From positions 800,001 through 864,000 of the forward strand of contig CAWCAG010000009.1 in assembly GCA_963793425.1 (NCBI GenBank): 64,000 nucleotides of DNA, given 5' to 3'. Shown here in pieces: positions 49,114 to 59,532 of the stretch; the stretch's first letter is position 1; every line of letters begins with the position of its first letter. The position numbers and the translations under genes are program-made. The notes under the pieces were generated by a model. It searched no databases and was not told the DNA's origin. It saw only the letters and a list, made by a program, of their open reading frames with translations. The DNA is from an uncultured cyanobacterium. Its GTDB lineage: Bacteria; Cyanobacteriota; Cyanobacteriia; Cyanobacteriales; CAWCAG01.

Positions 49114-49983
49114 TTATTCTCCTACACTAAGTTGACGTAAAGCGATTTGCTTGCTGATACATTCAATGGCTAAAATTAGTGACCTCATTAGTTCAGAATT
49201 TTGTTCGTAACTGGCTGGCACTAAATTACCTAACCTCTGGCTATCAGTTACTTTTTGGCGATGTTCCCACTCTTGGGCAGTCGAATCATGAAAAATACCG
49301 AGTGCAATGCCTTGGTATTGATTAATAGCAGCAAAGCAAGGAATATCAGATGTACCGTCACCAACATAAATTACTTGATTAAGAGGAACGTGTAATTCTG
49401 TAGTTGGTATATCACGGTAGTTGTAGATTAAATCTTTTTCTTTTTCTGCCTTAACGCCCATAGAAAGATAATACAAATAACGAGTTTTTTCTGTATGAGT
49501 CATTAACTGTTTGAGAAATTGAATTTCTCCTTTCTCATCATAAGCCAATTCGCAACCCCATATTTTGGTAAAGTATTTGGCAATAGAAGTATTACGAGTA
49601 ATATCAACAAAGCCACCGCTAATTAAATAAAACTCTACTTCCACTTCGGGAAGTATTTCCACTGCTCGCTTTCTCAAGCACTCGAACATCTCAGCTACTC
49701 CTTCAATTAGGCGCATTCGTTGACCTAAATTAGCTAATCGTTCGTAAGTGATCTTGTCTTTGTTTTCTCTTTCTTGTGACTCTTGAACTAAACAATAAGT
49801 TCTCGCTAAATACTTATGCCAACCTTTCTCTATCAAAGGATTAATGCGCTCTCTCTCAAAAGCTTCTACATCAAGCTGACAATCCCTTAAAAGGGCTTTA
49901 AAGCTATCATCTGGAATTAAGGTTTCATCAAAGTCAAAGACAACTGCAATGCAATTAGAAAGCGGTTTAGTGGCGTGGTTCAT
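49114..49983 (-). CDS. HAD-superfamily hydrolase
   Basis: FDFDETL, ISGG, YVGDGTSD. Confidence 0.88.
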   Translation of the reverse strand: MNHATKPLSNCIAVVFDFDETLIPDDSFKALLRDCQLDVEAFERERINPLIEKGWHKYLARTYCLVQESQERENKDKITYERLANLGQRMRLIEGVAEMFECLRKRAVEILPEVEVEFYLISGGFVDITRNTSIAKYFTKIWGCELAYDEKGEIQFLKQLMTHTEKTRYLYYLSMGVKAEKEKDLIYNYRDIPTTELHVPLNQVIYVGDGTSDIPCFAAINQYQGIALGIFHDSTAQEWEHRQKVTDSQRLGNLVPASYEQNSELMRSLILAIECISKQIALRQLSVGE

Positions 49984-50210
49984 AAGTTAAACATTTCCCT
50001 ACAAATAAAGAGATAGCTTGTGGTTTCAATGGGTAATAGCTTAGCAAATAAATTCTTCCAAACCTTATTAAGCTAAGTCACATTTAAACTGGTATTGATT
50101 AAATGAATATAGTTTTCCTCAACCTCTTTACTATTGACTATTCCCTACGGCAACGCTTCGGGAACCCTCGCCACACAAACCAACTTAAAAGTATACAGCT
50201 TACTTATTAC

Positions 50211-51776
50211 TTAATCCAAACTCCACCAAGCTAAAGCATAAGCTTGAGTTGCTTCATTAATTTGTTGAGTGTATTGAACGCGGATTTTGTAACGACCATT
50301 AGATGGGACTTTGCAAAAAATGTGTTCTATACTATCTACTCTACTTTTAGAAGCACAAACACTACTACTACTATCTTCGCTATCAAGAGGTAACAGGTAA
50401 ATATCAAGATTATTTAAACCGCGATCGCGAAAGTTTTCTCCTAAGTCGTAGAGTCCGTTTTCATTGTTATCCTCAAGTTCTACAAACCGATCCCAAGCTA
50501 AAGTGATAGCAGCAAAACTATCTTTTTGTAGAGGTTCCTGCAAAACATAATCTTGATAGGATTTTGTCTCAATTTGACTATAATTCCAACCCCGACTAGG
50601 AACAGGATTATCAGAATTCCACTGTCCTGAACTATATTGTTCATAGGCGCGAAAAGCATTGATTTGTCCTGTACCCATTTGTATATCTAGGGGGATTTGT
50701 TCATTTTGATAAGCATCTCCCTCTAACCAAGTACGATTATTTTTACTTTTGATGGTGCGAGTCATCCCTAAAGTATCTTGGATTTTATCAGCCGAATTGA
50801 GCAAAACTGCTTTCATAACTTCATGACGACGAGAATCTAAACTCCAGTTAGGCTGACGGGAAAACAGTTGGCGATCGCCGAATTCTTGTAACAAAGCGAT
50901 GGTTGCAGTGATATGAGGTGCAGCAAAACTAGTTCCTGTAACCGGGACTACTTTACCTTCAAGATCAAAAACCGAAATACCGCTACCAGGAGCAACTAAG
51001 TTAATGGCCCGACGTTCTCCCAAATTGATTTCCCTAGCAATCAAACGGCGACCAATACCTTCTGGTAAAGCACTGAGGTTAGCGAAGTCTACTTTATTAT
51101 ACTGACCGTTGCGCTGGGTTGTATAAGCGGTGGTAATGCCGTTGTATTGGTCTGTGGGAATGGGAATACCCCCACTACCTTGATTCCCCGCGATTACATA
51201 TAAAGTATCGTGAACCCTAGATGACCAATCTACACACAGAGTTAACAAAGCTTGTCCGTCTAAACTAGCTTCTTCCCTAGCATCTCGTCCCAAGGATTCC
51301 CCGAAACTATAATTAATTGCCCGTACATCCCCTCCATTTTGCATGGCGACGTGTTGACTAGAAAGGCATTCTTCAGGCTGTCCATTGTTGTTGAGAGGAC
51401 CAACTGCGGAGGCATAAAGTTTCGCATCAGGGGCAACTCCTCGCAATTTCTTACCCCCCCCTACCATCACCATAGCTACCATCGAGGCGTGTTCATCCAC
51501 ATTAGTATCAGATTTAGCCGGATTATCTCGATGATAAAGCCCTGCTAGGGACAAAGCAGGATTCCAAGCTACAGCTTTATCTAAACCAAATTTTCCTGGT
51601 CTACCAATTTCTACCTGACCAATACTAATTTTGCGTCCCGTTAAATTATAAGGTTCCCCATGTAATCTATGGGCATCAATTCCGTTTGCCCCTACGGAAG
51701 TATCTAATGCGAAGGCTGGGCTGATTAAACCTGAAATACCAAAACCACAAATTAACCACGCCAGTTTTTTGCTCAT
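50211..51776 (-). CDS. Secreted S8 subtilase-family peptidase
   Basis: Signal peptide; HASMV and GTSFAAPH. Confidence 0.85.
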   Translation of the reverse strand: MSKKLAWLICGFGISGLISPAFALDTSVGANGIDAHRLHGEPYNLTGRKISIGQVEIGRPGKFGLDKAVAWNPALSLAGLYHRDNPAKSDTNVDEHASMVAMVMVGGGKKLRGVAPDAKLYASAVGPLNNNGQPEECLSSQHVAMQNGGDVRAINYSFGESLGRDAREEASLDGQALLTLCVDWSSRVHDTLYVIAGNQGSGGIPIPTDQYNGITTAYTTQRNGQYNKVDFANLSALPEGIGRRLIAREINLGERRAINLVAPGSGISVFDLEGKVVPVTGTSFAAPHITATIALLQEFGDRQLFSRQPNWSLDSRRHEVMKAVLLNSADKIQDTLGMTRTIKSKNNRTWLEGDAYQNEQIPLDIQMGTGQINAFRAYEQYSSGQWNSDNPVPSRGWNYSQIETKSYQDYVLQEPLQKDSFAAITLAWDRFVELEDNNENGLYDLGENFRDRGLNNLDIYLLPLDSEDSSSSVCASKSRVDSIEHIFCKVPSNGRYKIRVQYTQQINEATQAYALAWWSLD

Positions 51777-51870
51777 TTAACTTTTGCACTAGTTGCCATT
51801 TCTTCTTTATTTTATTGATTTATTGCTGGTTGGCAACCTCCTGGAGAATTTTGGGGAGACGGGGAAGTTA

Positions 51871-53549
51871 TTAACGATCATTGATCATTGATTGAGGTAA
51901 TTTACTTAAAACAATGTCCCTATTAATTAAAGCAAGGGAATGGGCCTCATTGAATTCTAAGGCTTTATTCAGGGCTTCTAGGGCAGCAGGATATTGACCT
52001 AAATAACGTAGGGCGATACCTTTGCCAGCCCAGAAATCGGCATTTTCTGGATCGATGGCGATCGCGCGATCATAATTCCCTAGGGCAGTGGAATATTGAC
52101 CGATGGCCATCAAAGAGATAGCTTTGTTGTACCAAGCTTCTGCCAATTGTGGGTCAAGGGTAAGGGCATTGTCCGCAGCTTGAATTGCTTCTCCATAACG
52201 TTCTAAACGCCAGAGGAGACTGCTTTTATTAACCCAAATATTAGCAATAATCGGTCGGTTATCAAGATTTTCATTTCCCTGCAAACCCCTATTATAAGAG
52301 GCAAAAGCAGCATCATACTCCCCTAATGTGGTATGAATTCTCCCTAAGTTATACCAGCCTGTAGGGTCGTTGCCATCGCTTTGGGTTGCTTTTTGGGCCG
52401 CAATCGGGCCTGATCGAATCTCCCTAAACGCCAAAGTGCTGCCGCTCGGTTACTCCAAGCTTCTGCATAGTTATCATCCAGGGCAACAGCGCGATTGCTA
52501 GAGGTAACGGCTTCTTGGAAAGAACCACTACCAATTAAAGCATAAGCCCGTTGATTCCAACCTAAAGCAGGACCAAACTCGTTCCACTGCCCATCCCCTT
52601 CTTGGAGGGCAAGATCGCAAGCTTCCAGGGCTTCTTCATACATTCGCAAACGGTTGAGGACAGCGCATTTGTTCGCTAGGGCAAGGGAGTACTTTTCATT
52701 AATCCCCAACGCCCAGTCGTGGGAAGCTTGGGCTTCTTCATAACGGGCGAGGGTGAAGAGAATTTCTCCATGTTCTGTCCAATTACGGGCATTCTCTGAA
52801 TCGATTGCCAGGGCTTGATCGTAGGCAAAAAGGGCTTCGTCTCGGCGTTGAAGTTTGGCAAGTACCCTACCCTTATTAGCCCAGGCAACAGCTTGACTTT
52901 GTAGGTCGGGGTTAGGTTCAATGCTTAAGGCGCGATCACAAGCTTCTAAGGCACGATAATTATCTCCCAATTCTGCTAAAACTTCGCAGCGATTAGCCCA
53001 AGCTAAGGCATAGTTTTCGTTGATAGTTGTAGCTTGATCATAGGAAAAAAGTGCATCTTCTCTTTCTCCTGTCCTCCTCCTGGCTATACCTAAATAGGTT
53101 AGTGCGATCGCCGGAGATTCATCTTCCCAGTTTTGGTCTTTTTTTAAAGCTGTTTCGCAAGCATCAATAGCTTCTTCTTGCCTCCCTAATTCTGATAATG
53201 CTAAACACTGTCTGGCCCAAATTAGGGAATTATTGGGGTCAAGTTTTAATACTTGGCTGTAAGAAGCTACGGTTTCCGGGTAGTTTTTTAAAGTAAGATA
53301 GATATCGCCTCGATCTGTCCAAACAATTGAGTCTTTGGCATTAATTGTAATTGCTGTATTGCAAGCTTTGATCGCTTCTTCATATTCTTCTACTTCAGAC
53401 AAAGAACTACACAAGTTCGCCCAATAATCAAAGTCTTCTAATTGCAAATTCTCTTCCTGAGCAAAAGAAGCTGAGGGGAAGTAATAAGTAATAAGTAATA
53501 AGTAATAAGTAAGTAAAAAAGGTTTAGTAAAATAATTAAGAATTTTCAT
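51871..53549 (-). pseudogene. Exported TPR-repeat protein split by a 1-nt frameshift at ~52405
   Basis: ORFs 52344-53549 and 51871-52434 join as ...FDQA-x-IAAQKATQ... if one base is restored. Confidence 0.75.
53479..53510. repeat. (AAGTAAT)4 heptamer repeat within the TPR signal-peptide codons
   Basis: Four exact units plus AAGT. Confidence 0.8.
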
Positions 53550-53618
53550 TATAAATCATCAATTTAGTCTGCAAAAACAACAAAACCGTACAATTAGCAA
53601 TTAGCCACTAGCTACTAG

Positions 53619-54995
53619 CTATTCAACACATCTCTTTTGCTGACCATCTGGCATAATAGCATCACATAAATAAGCACTTTTTAAATTAGCCCCTTCTAAA
53701 TTAGCTTTCCAAAGATTAGCACCTCCTAAATTAGCATTTTCTAGATTCGCTCCTGCTAAATTTGCCTCCTCTAAATCAGCATTAAAAAGATTAGCTCTAA
53801 AGAAATTTGCACCACTTAAATTAGCTCTTTCAATACTTGCACCACTTAATCTAGCTTCTTGCAAATTAGCATTACTTAAATTCGTATCATCCAAATTAAC
53901 AGCGCCTAAATCTTGTCCCGGCACACCTTTAGTCACAATCAACCAAGCTAAACGCCACTTCTCATCTAACTTAGTTTCTTGATTAAATTTAGCTTCCCGC
54001 AAATCGGTATTACTAAGGTTAGCTCCTGTCAAGTTAGCATTCCTCAAATCCGCATTACTCAAGTTAGCATTACTCAAATTAGTATTACTTAAATCCGAAA
54101 AAGCTAACTGAGCATTAGTTAAATTTGCTCCTTGTAAATTAACTCCGCGCAAGTTAGTTAAAAAGAAATAAGCTTCGGTTAAATTTGCTCCTTGCAAATC
54201 AACTCCAGCTAAGTTCAAACCTTCAAGATTCGCCCCTTGTAAATCAGCGTTAGTTAAATCCGCACCCCCCAACTGATTATTAGCTAACTGCCAAATAAAT
54301 CGCCACTGCTCAGCAATAACTGTTTCCTCATTGAGTACAGCTTTTCTCAAGTCAGTACGGGCTAAATTAGCCCCTTCTAAGTTAGCATTGCGTAAGTCCG
54401 AAGCGAACAAACTTGCCCCTTCTAAGTTAGCATTTCGTAAATTTGCCCTTTGCAAATTTGCTCCCTTAAATTTAGCCCCTTGTAAATCAGCATTCTCTAA
54501 GATTGCAGCCTGTAAATTAGCACTTTCTAAATCAGCATCTTTCAACATCGCCCTACTAAGATCCGCCGCCACTAAACTAGCATCTTGGAGGTTAGTTTCT
54601 TCTAAGTTGGCATCTTGTAAATTAGCACCTTCTAAATCAGCACGAAAAAAATTAGCCATTGCCAATTTAGCTGTTCTTAAATTAGCCTGTTGTAAATTAG
54701 CTCCAGCTACCTTAGCTTGACGGATATCTGCGTTACTAGAATCAGCAAACTTCAAATTAGCCCCATCTAATTTAGCTGCTTTCAAATCAGCATTATGAAG
54801 ATTAGCCCCTTCCAAGTTAGCCGCCCGAATATTCGCCCCTCCTAAACGGGCTGCATCTAAGTCACACTCAATACATTCTCCTTGTTCTAGCAACTGTTCT
54901 ACGTGCTGGTTATTAGCTGCTTGTAAAGGTTCAACGATGTAGAATAAAGCAATTAAACTAAAGGCTAATTTCTGAAGATAATTAAAGGCATTCAT
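53619..54995 (-). CDS. Exported pentapeptide-repeat protein
   Basis: Signal peptide; extensive A(N/D)Lxx repeats. Confidence 0.93.
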   Translation of the reverse strand: MNAFNYLQKLAFSLIALFYIVEPLQAANNQHVEQLLEQGECIECDLDAARLGGANIRAANLEGANLHNADLKAAKLDGANLKFADSSNADIRQAKVAGANLQQANLRTAKLAMANFFRADLEGANLQDANLEETNLQDASLVAADLSRAMLKDADLESANLQAAILENADLQGAKFKGANLQRANLRNANLEGASLFASDLRNANLEGANLARTDLRKAVLNEETVIAEQWRFIWQLANNQLGGADLTNADLQGANLEGLNLAGVDLQGANLTEAYFFLTNLRGVNLQGANLTNAQLAFSDLSNTNLSNANLSNADLRNANLTGANLSNTDLREAKFNQETKLDEKWRLAWLIVTKGVPGQDLGAVNLDDTNLSNANLQEARLSGASIERANLSGANFFRANLFNADLEEANLAGANLENANLGGANLWKANLEGANLKSAYLCDAIMPDGQQKRCVE

Positions 54996-55115
54996 CTTAC
55001 TAAAAAATGGGTTCTTGTAGCGAAAGTATAACCCAAAATTTGAAGCTTAATTAAACTGCAATCAGCAACGATAAACTGTCAGGCATTTAATTTAATTGTT
55101 GGGATTGACACCGGC

Positions 55116-55144
55116 GACGGAGTGACGGAGTGACGGAGTGACGG
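55116..55144. repeat. (GACGGAGT)n octamer repeat
   Basis: gacggagtgacggagtgacggagtgacgg. Confidence 0.7.
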
Positions 55145-55202
55145 GGAGATAGGGAAGTGACAAGTTAAAATACTGTTCCCCATTCCCTTTCACAATTAGC
55201 AA

Positions 55203-55454
55203 CTAGCCATTAGCCATCACTAACATAGAATCAGCAGAACGGACTATCATTTTACCTTGGTTTAAAGCATCGCGCCAGCGACGACCCACATTCCAAGCAT
55301 GAATTTTTGAGACGTTCCAACGGGGATTAGCTGGATAGCGGGCAAAGCCTGATCTTAAGGCAGCATGACTACTACTGGGTATAGGGGTTTTAACATATAC
55401 ACCTTCTGCCAAATCAACTATTGCTAAGTTGCTCTGTTTGGTTACTACTGACAT
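55203..55454 (-). CDS. Hypothetical protein
   Basis: 83-aa ORF with ATG start and upstream ggggt. Confidence 0.6.
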   Translation of the reverse strand: MSVVTKQSNLAIVDLAEGVYVKTPIPSSSHAALRSGFARYPANPRWNVSKIHAWNVGRRWRDALNQGKMIVRSADSMLVMANG

Positions 55455-55645
55455 CGGTTCTACCCCTATTTTGTTACATATTGGACAGTTTTTTTGCGAA
55501 TCTATTGTTTAACATCGTCCTCATTATATTACAAATTATTACTTTCAGTAGATGGATTTTCCGGAATGTTATATAAATCCGGCGAGAGAATAAAAAAAGA
55601 TGCAGCATAAACTACATCTTGAAAAAATTTAAAGTAAACCAGCAA

Positions 55646-56062
55646 CTACTTTTTCAGATCGCGGGCCATATTGCGAAACAGATCCATACTAGTATCAGTA
55701 CGACGACGCTTTGAGCTAGAGTCGTCCTTGGCAATAAATTTCTTTGTCTCTGGTGTGGTTTTGGGTTGAGAATTACTAGAACCGTTGCTCGTGGTTTTTT
55801 CCAAAGAAGAAACTTGCTGTATAAACTCAGCCCCTTTTTCACTACCCAAAGTTTTAGGAAAAGTTCTCCTCACCGTAGAGGCAGTACGCATATAATCAAT
55901 ATTGCCTAAAGTTTTCGCATCATCATCATTAAGAAAGTAAGCTTGAGAATTCTGTTTTTGCTTCTTGGCGTTTTTCGCTTTGGGAGTTGTTTGCTTGGTT
56001 TCTCCTTCTTCCCCTGGTAAGGGTGGCTTTTTACTAAACAAACCTTTAATAAATCCAGTCAT
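55646..56062 (-). CDS. Conserved hypothetical cyanobacterial protein
   Basis: AYFLNDDDAKTLGNIDYMR...MDLFRNMARD. Confidence 0.75.
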   Translation of the reverse strand: MTGFIKGLFSKKPPLPGEEGETKQTTPKAKNAKKQKQNSQAYFLNDDDAKTLGNIDYMRTASTVRRTFPKTLGSEKGAEFIQQVSSLEKTTSNGSSNSQPKTTPETKKFIAKDDSSSKRRRTDTSMDLFRNMARDLKK

Positions 56063-56143
56063 GATCTTTTCTGCTTCAACTTAATGTTTCTTTACATTAA
56101 ATTAAATATTAGCAAAGATTATGAGATAAATAATAACTGATTT

Positions 56144-56860
56144 CTAGATAACTTCTAAATCCAACTCAGCTAGATGTTCATAGCCATCCTCGATGCAACT
56201 ATTACCTCGTAAAAAACCTGTATTAGCCCCAGGACAGATATAGGCAAGAGTTTGGGGTGAGAAGCGATCGCGCAGCTTTTGGACGTTGCGTAGTTGTCTA
56301 GGCCAGTGAAAAGTCTTTGGAGTATGCAAGGGCGAAAGTTGACCTTGAGTATTAGGTAAAAGATGACGACCAGAGAACAAAACCCCTCCTAGAGCGTTAT
56401 AGTACAAACAGGAAGAACCAGGAGTATAGCCAGGAGTCCACAGAGCAAGGAAATTGGGGGCAAAAACGTATTCATCTTGAAATGAAGTTACTTCAACCTC
56501 CGGTAACAAATAGGCTTCTTGTTCTTGAATAATTACCTCACAGTGGAAAAATGCTTGAATCTCTGGCACTTTAGCCATACCATTGCGGTGAGTGACAAAA
56601 AGCCAGCGAACCCCTCCTTTGTTTTGCACAAATTCTTGGTTTATGGAATTCCAAGGGGGACAATCCAGCAGAATATTGCCTAACTTTTCTACAATGAAAT
56701 AAGATGTTGCTCCTAGGGTATCCCGATTGGGAGGAAAAGCAAAAATTCCTGGTTTAACAAGACGAGGTGCTTTCGCTGTTTTGGTTGGATGCTGAGAAAT
56801 CTGAGGAGGTTGAGATGTGGGTTCTTCTGAAGAAGATGTTGGCATTTTGTATACGTCCAT
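56144..56860 (-). CDS. Metallo-beta-lactamase-fold protein (degenerate metal motif)
   Basis: LLDCP, LFVTHR, WTPGYTPGS, LFSG. Confidence 0.8.
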   Translation of the reverse strand: MDVYKMPTSSSEEPTSQPPQISQHPTKTAKAPRLVKPGIFAFPPNRDTLGATSYFIVEKLGNILLDCPPWNSINQEFVQNKGGVRWLFVTHRNGMAKVPEIQAFFHCEVIIQEQEAYLLPEVEVTSFQDEYVFAPNFLALWTPGYTPGSSCLYYNALGGVLFSGRHLLPNTQGQLSPLHTPKTFHWPRQLRNVQKLRDRFSPQTLAYICPGANTGFLRGNSCIEDGYEHLAELDLEVI

Positions 56861-56931
56861 AATCAGTTTATTTTAGCTTTTGACCAAGAAATTCGTTAGG
56901 GAAAACCGATGACCAATAACTGCTTTTTTAT

Positions 56932-58425
56932 ATGGAACTGTTGCTTCTAGTCTTACTAGGCTTAATTACTTACTTAATCGTCCAACGCAGTGTTGCTAGC
57001 ATCACCAAAACCCCCGTGTGGATTTTGTGGTTGGTGATGATGACACCAGCTTTAATTTGGACTGTGTGGACAGTCTTAGTGGATAGCGAAGCAATACCTG
57101 TGCCTTTAATGGTAATTCCTTTTGTGGTTTGCCCTATCTTGTATTGGCTATTAATTCAGTGGGGAAGGCCGAAACTAGAAAAAGCCGAGAAAGAAACTAC
57201 TTCAGAGTCTGAGGAAGAAAAATCACCTGAAGAAAATTCTCCAGAAGATTTGCCAAGTAAGGTTCGCCCCATCACCCAAAACGAAGAAAAGCAGTTACGC
57301 AATTGCTTTCCTTGGAGTATTTACTACCTACAAAATCTAGATTATCGCCCCCAAGCAATTCTTTGTTTAGGTAAGCTGCGTTCTAATCCTGATGTTGCTT
57401 ATAAAACTGTCAAAGAAAACGTTGAAGAAAAATTCGGCGATCGCTTCTTACTAATTTTTCAAGAAGGCTTAAAAAATCAGCCCTTTTTTGCCTTAGTCCC
57501 TAATCCTTGGTCTAAATCAACTCCTAGTAAGCTTGCCCAGGAACCTCTGAAACGACCGGGTTTGGCTTTGGGGTTACTAATTGTTACTCTTTTTACTACC
57601 ACCACTGTTGGTATCAGTTTGGTAGGTAAAAATATCGAAGATGTAGCTATAGATTCTTCTACTTTATGGCTCGGATTCACCTATAGTTTGGCCTTGATAT
57701 TTATCCTCAGCATCCACGAAATAGCTCACTATTTTGCGGCACTGCGCTATAAAATTCGCACCACCTTACCTTACTTTATCCCCATGCCCGTCTTTTTGGG
57801 GACTTTTGGTGCTTTTACTCAAAGACGTTCACCAATTCCCCATCGCAAAGCCCTATTTGATGTCGCGATTATTGGGCCTTTGGTGGGTTTTCTGGTTACT
57901 TTACCGATCTTAATTGGGGGGCTATCTCTTTCGGAAGTTGTTCCCTTAACAGAAGAGTCAGGGATTTTGAACTATGAGTCCCTCAATCCTCGTAAATCTT
58001 TCTTATTAGCTGTTTTGAGTAAACTTTGTCTCGGCAGTGAATTGAGTGCAAATATGGCTATTCATCTCCATCCTTTAGCAGTAGCAGGTTGTTTAGGGTT
58101 AGTAGTCACCGCCATAAATCTACTCCCCATTGGGCAACTAGATGGGGGGCAAATGGTTCATGCTATGTTTGGTCAGCGTACCGCTGCATTTATCGGACAA
58201 GTAACTAGATTACTGTTATTACTTTTAGCCTGGGCGGATGCGAAGCGAGATTTATTGATTGTTGCCATTGTCTTGTTGTTTCTGCCCCTCACCGACGAAC
58301 CAGCCCTCAATGATGTCACAGATTTGGATAGTCGTCGAGATTTTCTAGGGCTATTTTCTTTAGCAATTTTATGTACAATTCTTTTACCTTTACCGGGGGC
58401 TGTTGCTGGTTGGTTGGGAATTTAG
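56932..58425 (+). CDS. Site-2 protease (M50) family
   Basis: HEIAH and NLLPIGQLDGG motifs. Confidence 0.92.
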   Translation: MELLLLVLLGLITYLIVQRSVASITKTPVWILWLVMMTPALIWTVWTVLVDSEAIPVPLMVIPFVVCPILYWLLIQWGRPKLEKAEKETTSESEEEKSPEENSPEDLPSKVRPITQNEEKQLRNCFPWSIYYLQNLDYRPQAILCLGKLRSNPDVAYKTVKENVEEKFGDRFLLIFQEGLKNQPFFALVPNPWSKSTPSKLAQEPLKRPGLALGLLIVTLFTTTTVGISLVGKNIEDVAIDSSTLWLGFTYSLALIFILSIHEIAHYFAALRYKIRTTLPYFIPMPVFLGTFGAFTQRRSPIPHRKALFDVAIIGPLVGFLVTLPILIGGLSLSEVVPLTEESGILNYESLNPRKSFLLAVLSKLCLGSELSANMAIHLHPLAVAGCLGLVVTAINLLPIGQLDGGQMVHAMFGQRTAAFIGQVTRLLLLLLAWADAKRDLLIVAIVLLFLPLTDEPALNDVTDLDSRRDFLGLFSLAILCTILLPLPGAVAGWLGI

Positions 58426-58516
58426 TAACTTAATTCTTGAGAAGCTTTTTGGTCTATAATTCTGTTGCGATCGCCGTATTTATATTTACTAGCGTGAACC
58501 AGCTAAAATTGTGTGT

Positions 58517-58575
58517 TAGGGCAGGTTTATTTAGTTTCATGTTAATCTCCCAATTTGACTCCAAACCTGCCCCTA
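58517..58575. repeat. REP-like inverted repeat
   Basis: agggcaggttt ... aaacctgcccct. Confidence 0.6.
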
Positions 58576-58622
58576 CTATTGCCATATTTTAGGCGTATTA
58601 TGCCATTACTGATAATCAATTG

Positions 58623-59354
58623 ATGACTAATCTTAGCGTTAATCTTAACAAAGTTGCCTTACTAAGAAATACCCGTAATATTGGTATACCTAGTGTTACT
58701 AAAGCTGCTGCAATTTGTATTGAAGCTGGGGCAAAAGGTATTACTGTTCATCCCCGTCCTGATGAAAGGCATATTCGGGTAACAGATGTTTATGAATTAG
58801 CAGAAATGGTAGAGGTGGAATTTAATATTGAAGGGAATCCTTTTGAGTCTCCTTTTATGGAAATTGTCCGAGATATTAAGCCTACTCAATGTACTCTCGT
58901 ACCCGATTCTCCAGATACTTTCACTTCAGATTGTGGTTGGGATTTAACCAAAGATTCTCAAAAACTAATACCGATTATTAAACAGTTAAAACAACTTGGC
59001 ATCCGCGTCAGCTTATTTATGGATGCAGATATTAATTTAATTGAATTAGTTCCTGAAACCGGTGCAGATCGCATTGAACTTTATACAGAACCCTATGCTA
59101 CTGCTTTCCGTAAAGGTGATAACTTAGAAACAATATTTCAACAGTATGCTACAGCAGCAAGTAAAGCTCAAGAGTTAGGTTTAGGAGTTAATGCTGGTCA
59201 TGATTTGAATTTACAAAATTTAAGTAAGTTTTGCTCAATTCCTAATATTTTAGAAGTTTCTATTGGTCATGCTTTGACAGCAGAAGCTTTGGAGATGGGT
59301 TTGTTTAATACAATTCAAGAATATCTCAAGATTTTATCCTTTGTACCTCACTAG
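58623..59354 (+). CDS. pdxJ: Pyridoxine 5'-phosphate synthase
   Basis: LSVNLNKVALLRN, TVHPRPDERHI, NAGHDL, EVSIGHAL. Confidence 0.95.
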   Translation: MTNLSVNLNKVALLRNTRNIGIPSVTKAAAICIEAGAKGITVHPRPDERHIRVTDVYELAEMVEVEFNIEGNPFESPFMEIVRDIKPTQCTLVPDSPDTFTSDCGWDLTKDSQKLIPIIKQLKQLGIRVSLFMDADINLIELVPETGADRIELYTEPYATAFRKGDNLETIFQQYATAASKAQELGLGVNAGHDLNLQNLSKFCSIPNILEVSIGHALTAEALEMGLFNTIQEYLKILSFVPH

Positions 59355-59532
59355 ACTAGGAAATGCGGCGTTGCATCAATGCGGAAGGATAAATTTATAG
59401 CTAAGTATTACAGAGATTTTATATGAAGCGATCACGCTAATCAGGAAAGCCTTTAATTGAAGCATTTTCCCAGCAAATCGAAGAGATTAAGCAACATAGT
59501 TGAAGTGATTTTTTATCTCTTTTTGCTAATCT

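Noticed and set aside
50211..51776. S8 protease as part of the RiPP pathway
   Set aside because: It is ~30 kb away, secreted, and lacks the PatA/G C-terminal DUF.
54331..54720. 129-aa plus-strand ORF with repetitive KLA motifs
   Set aside because: It is the antisense shadow of the pentapeptide-repeat gene.
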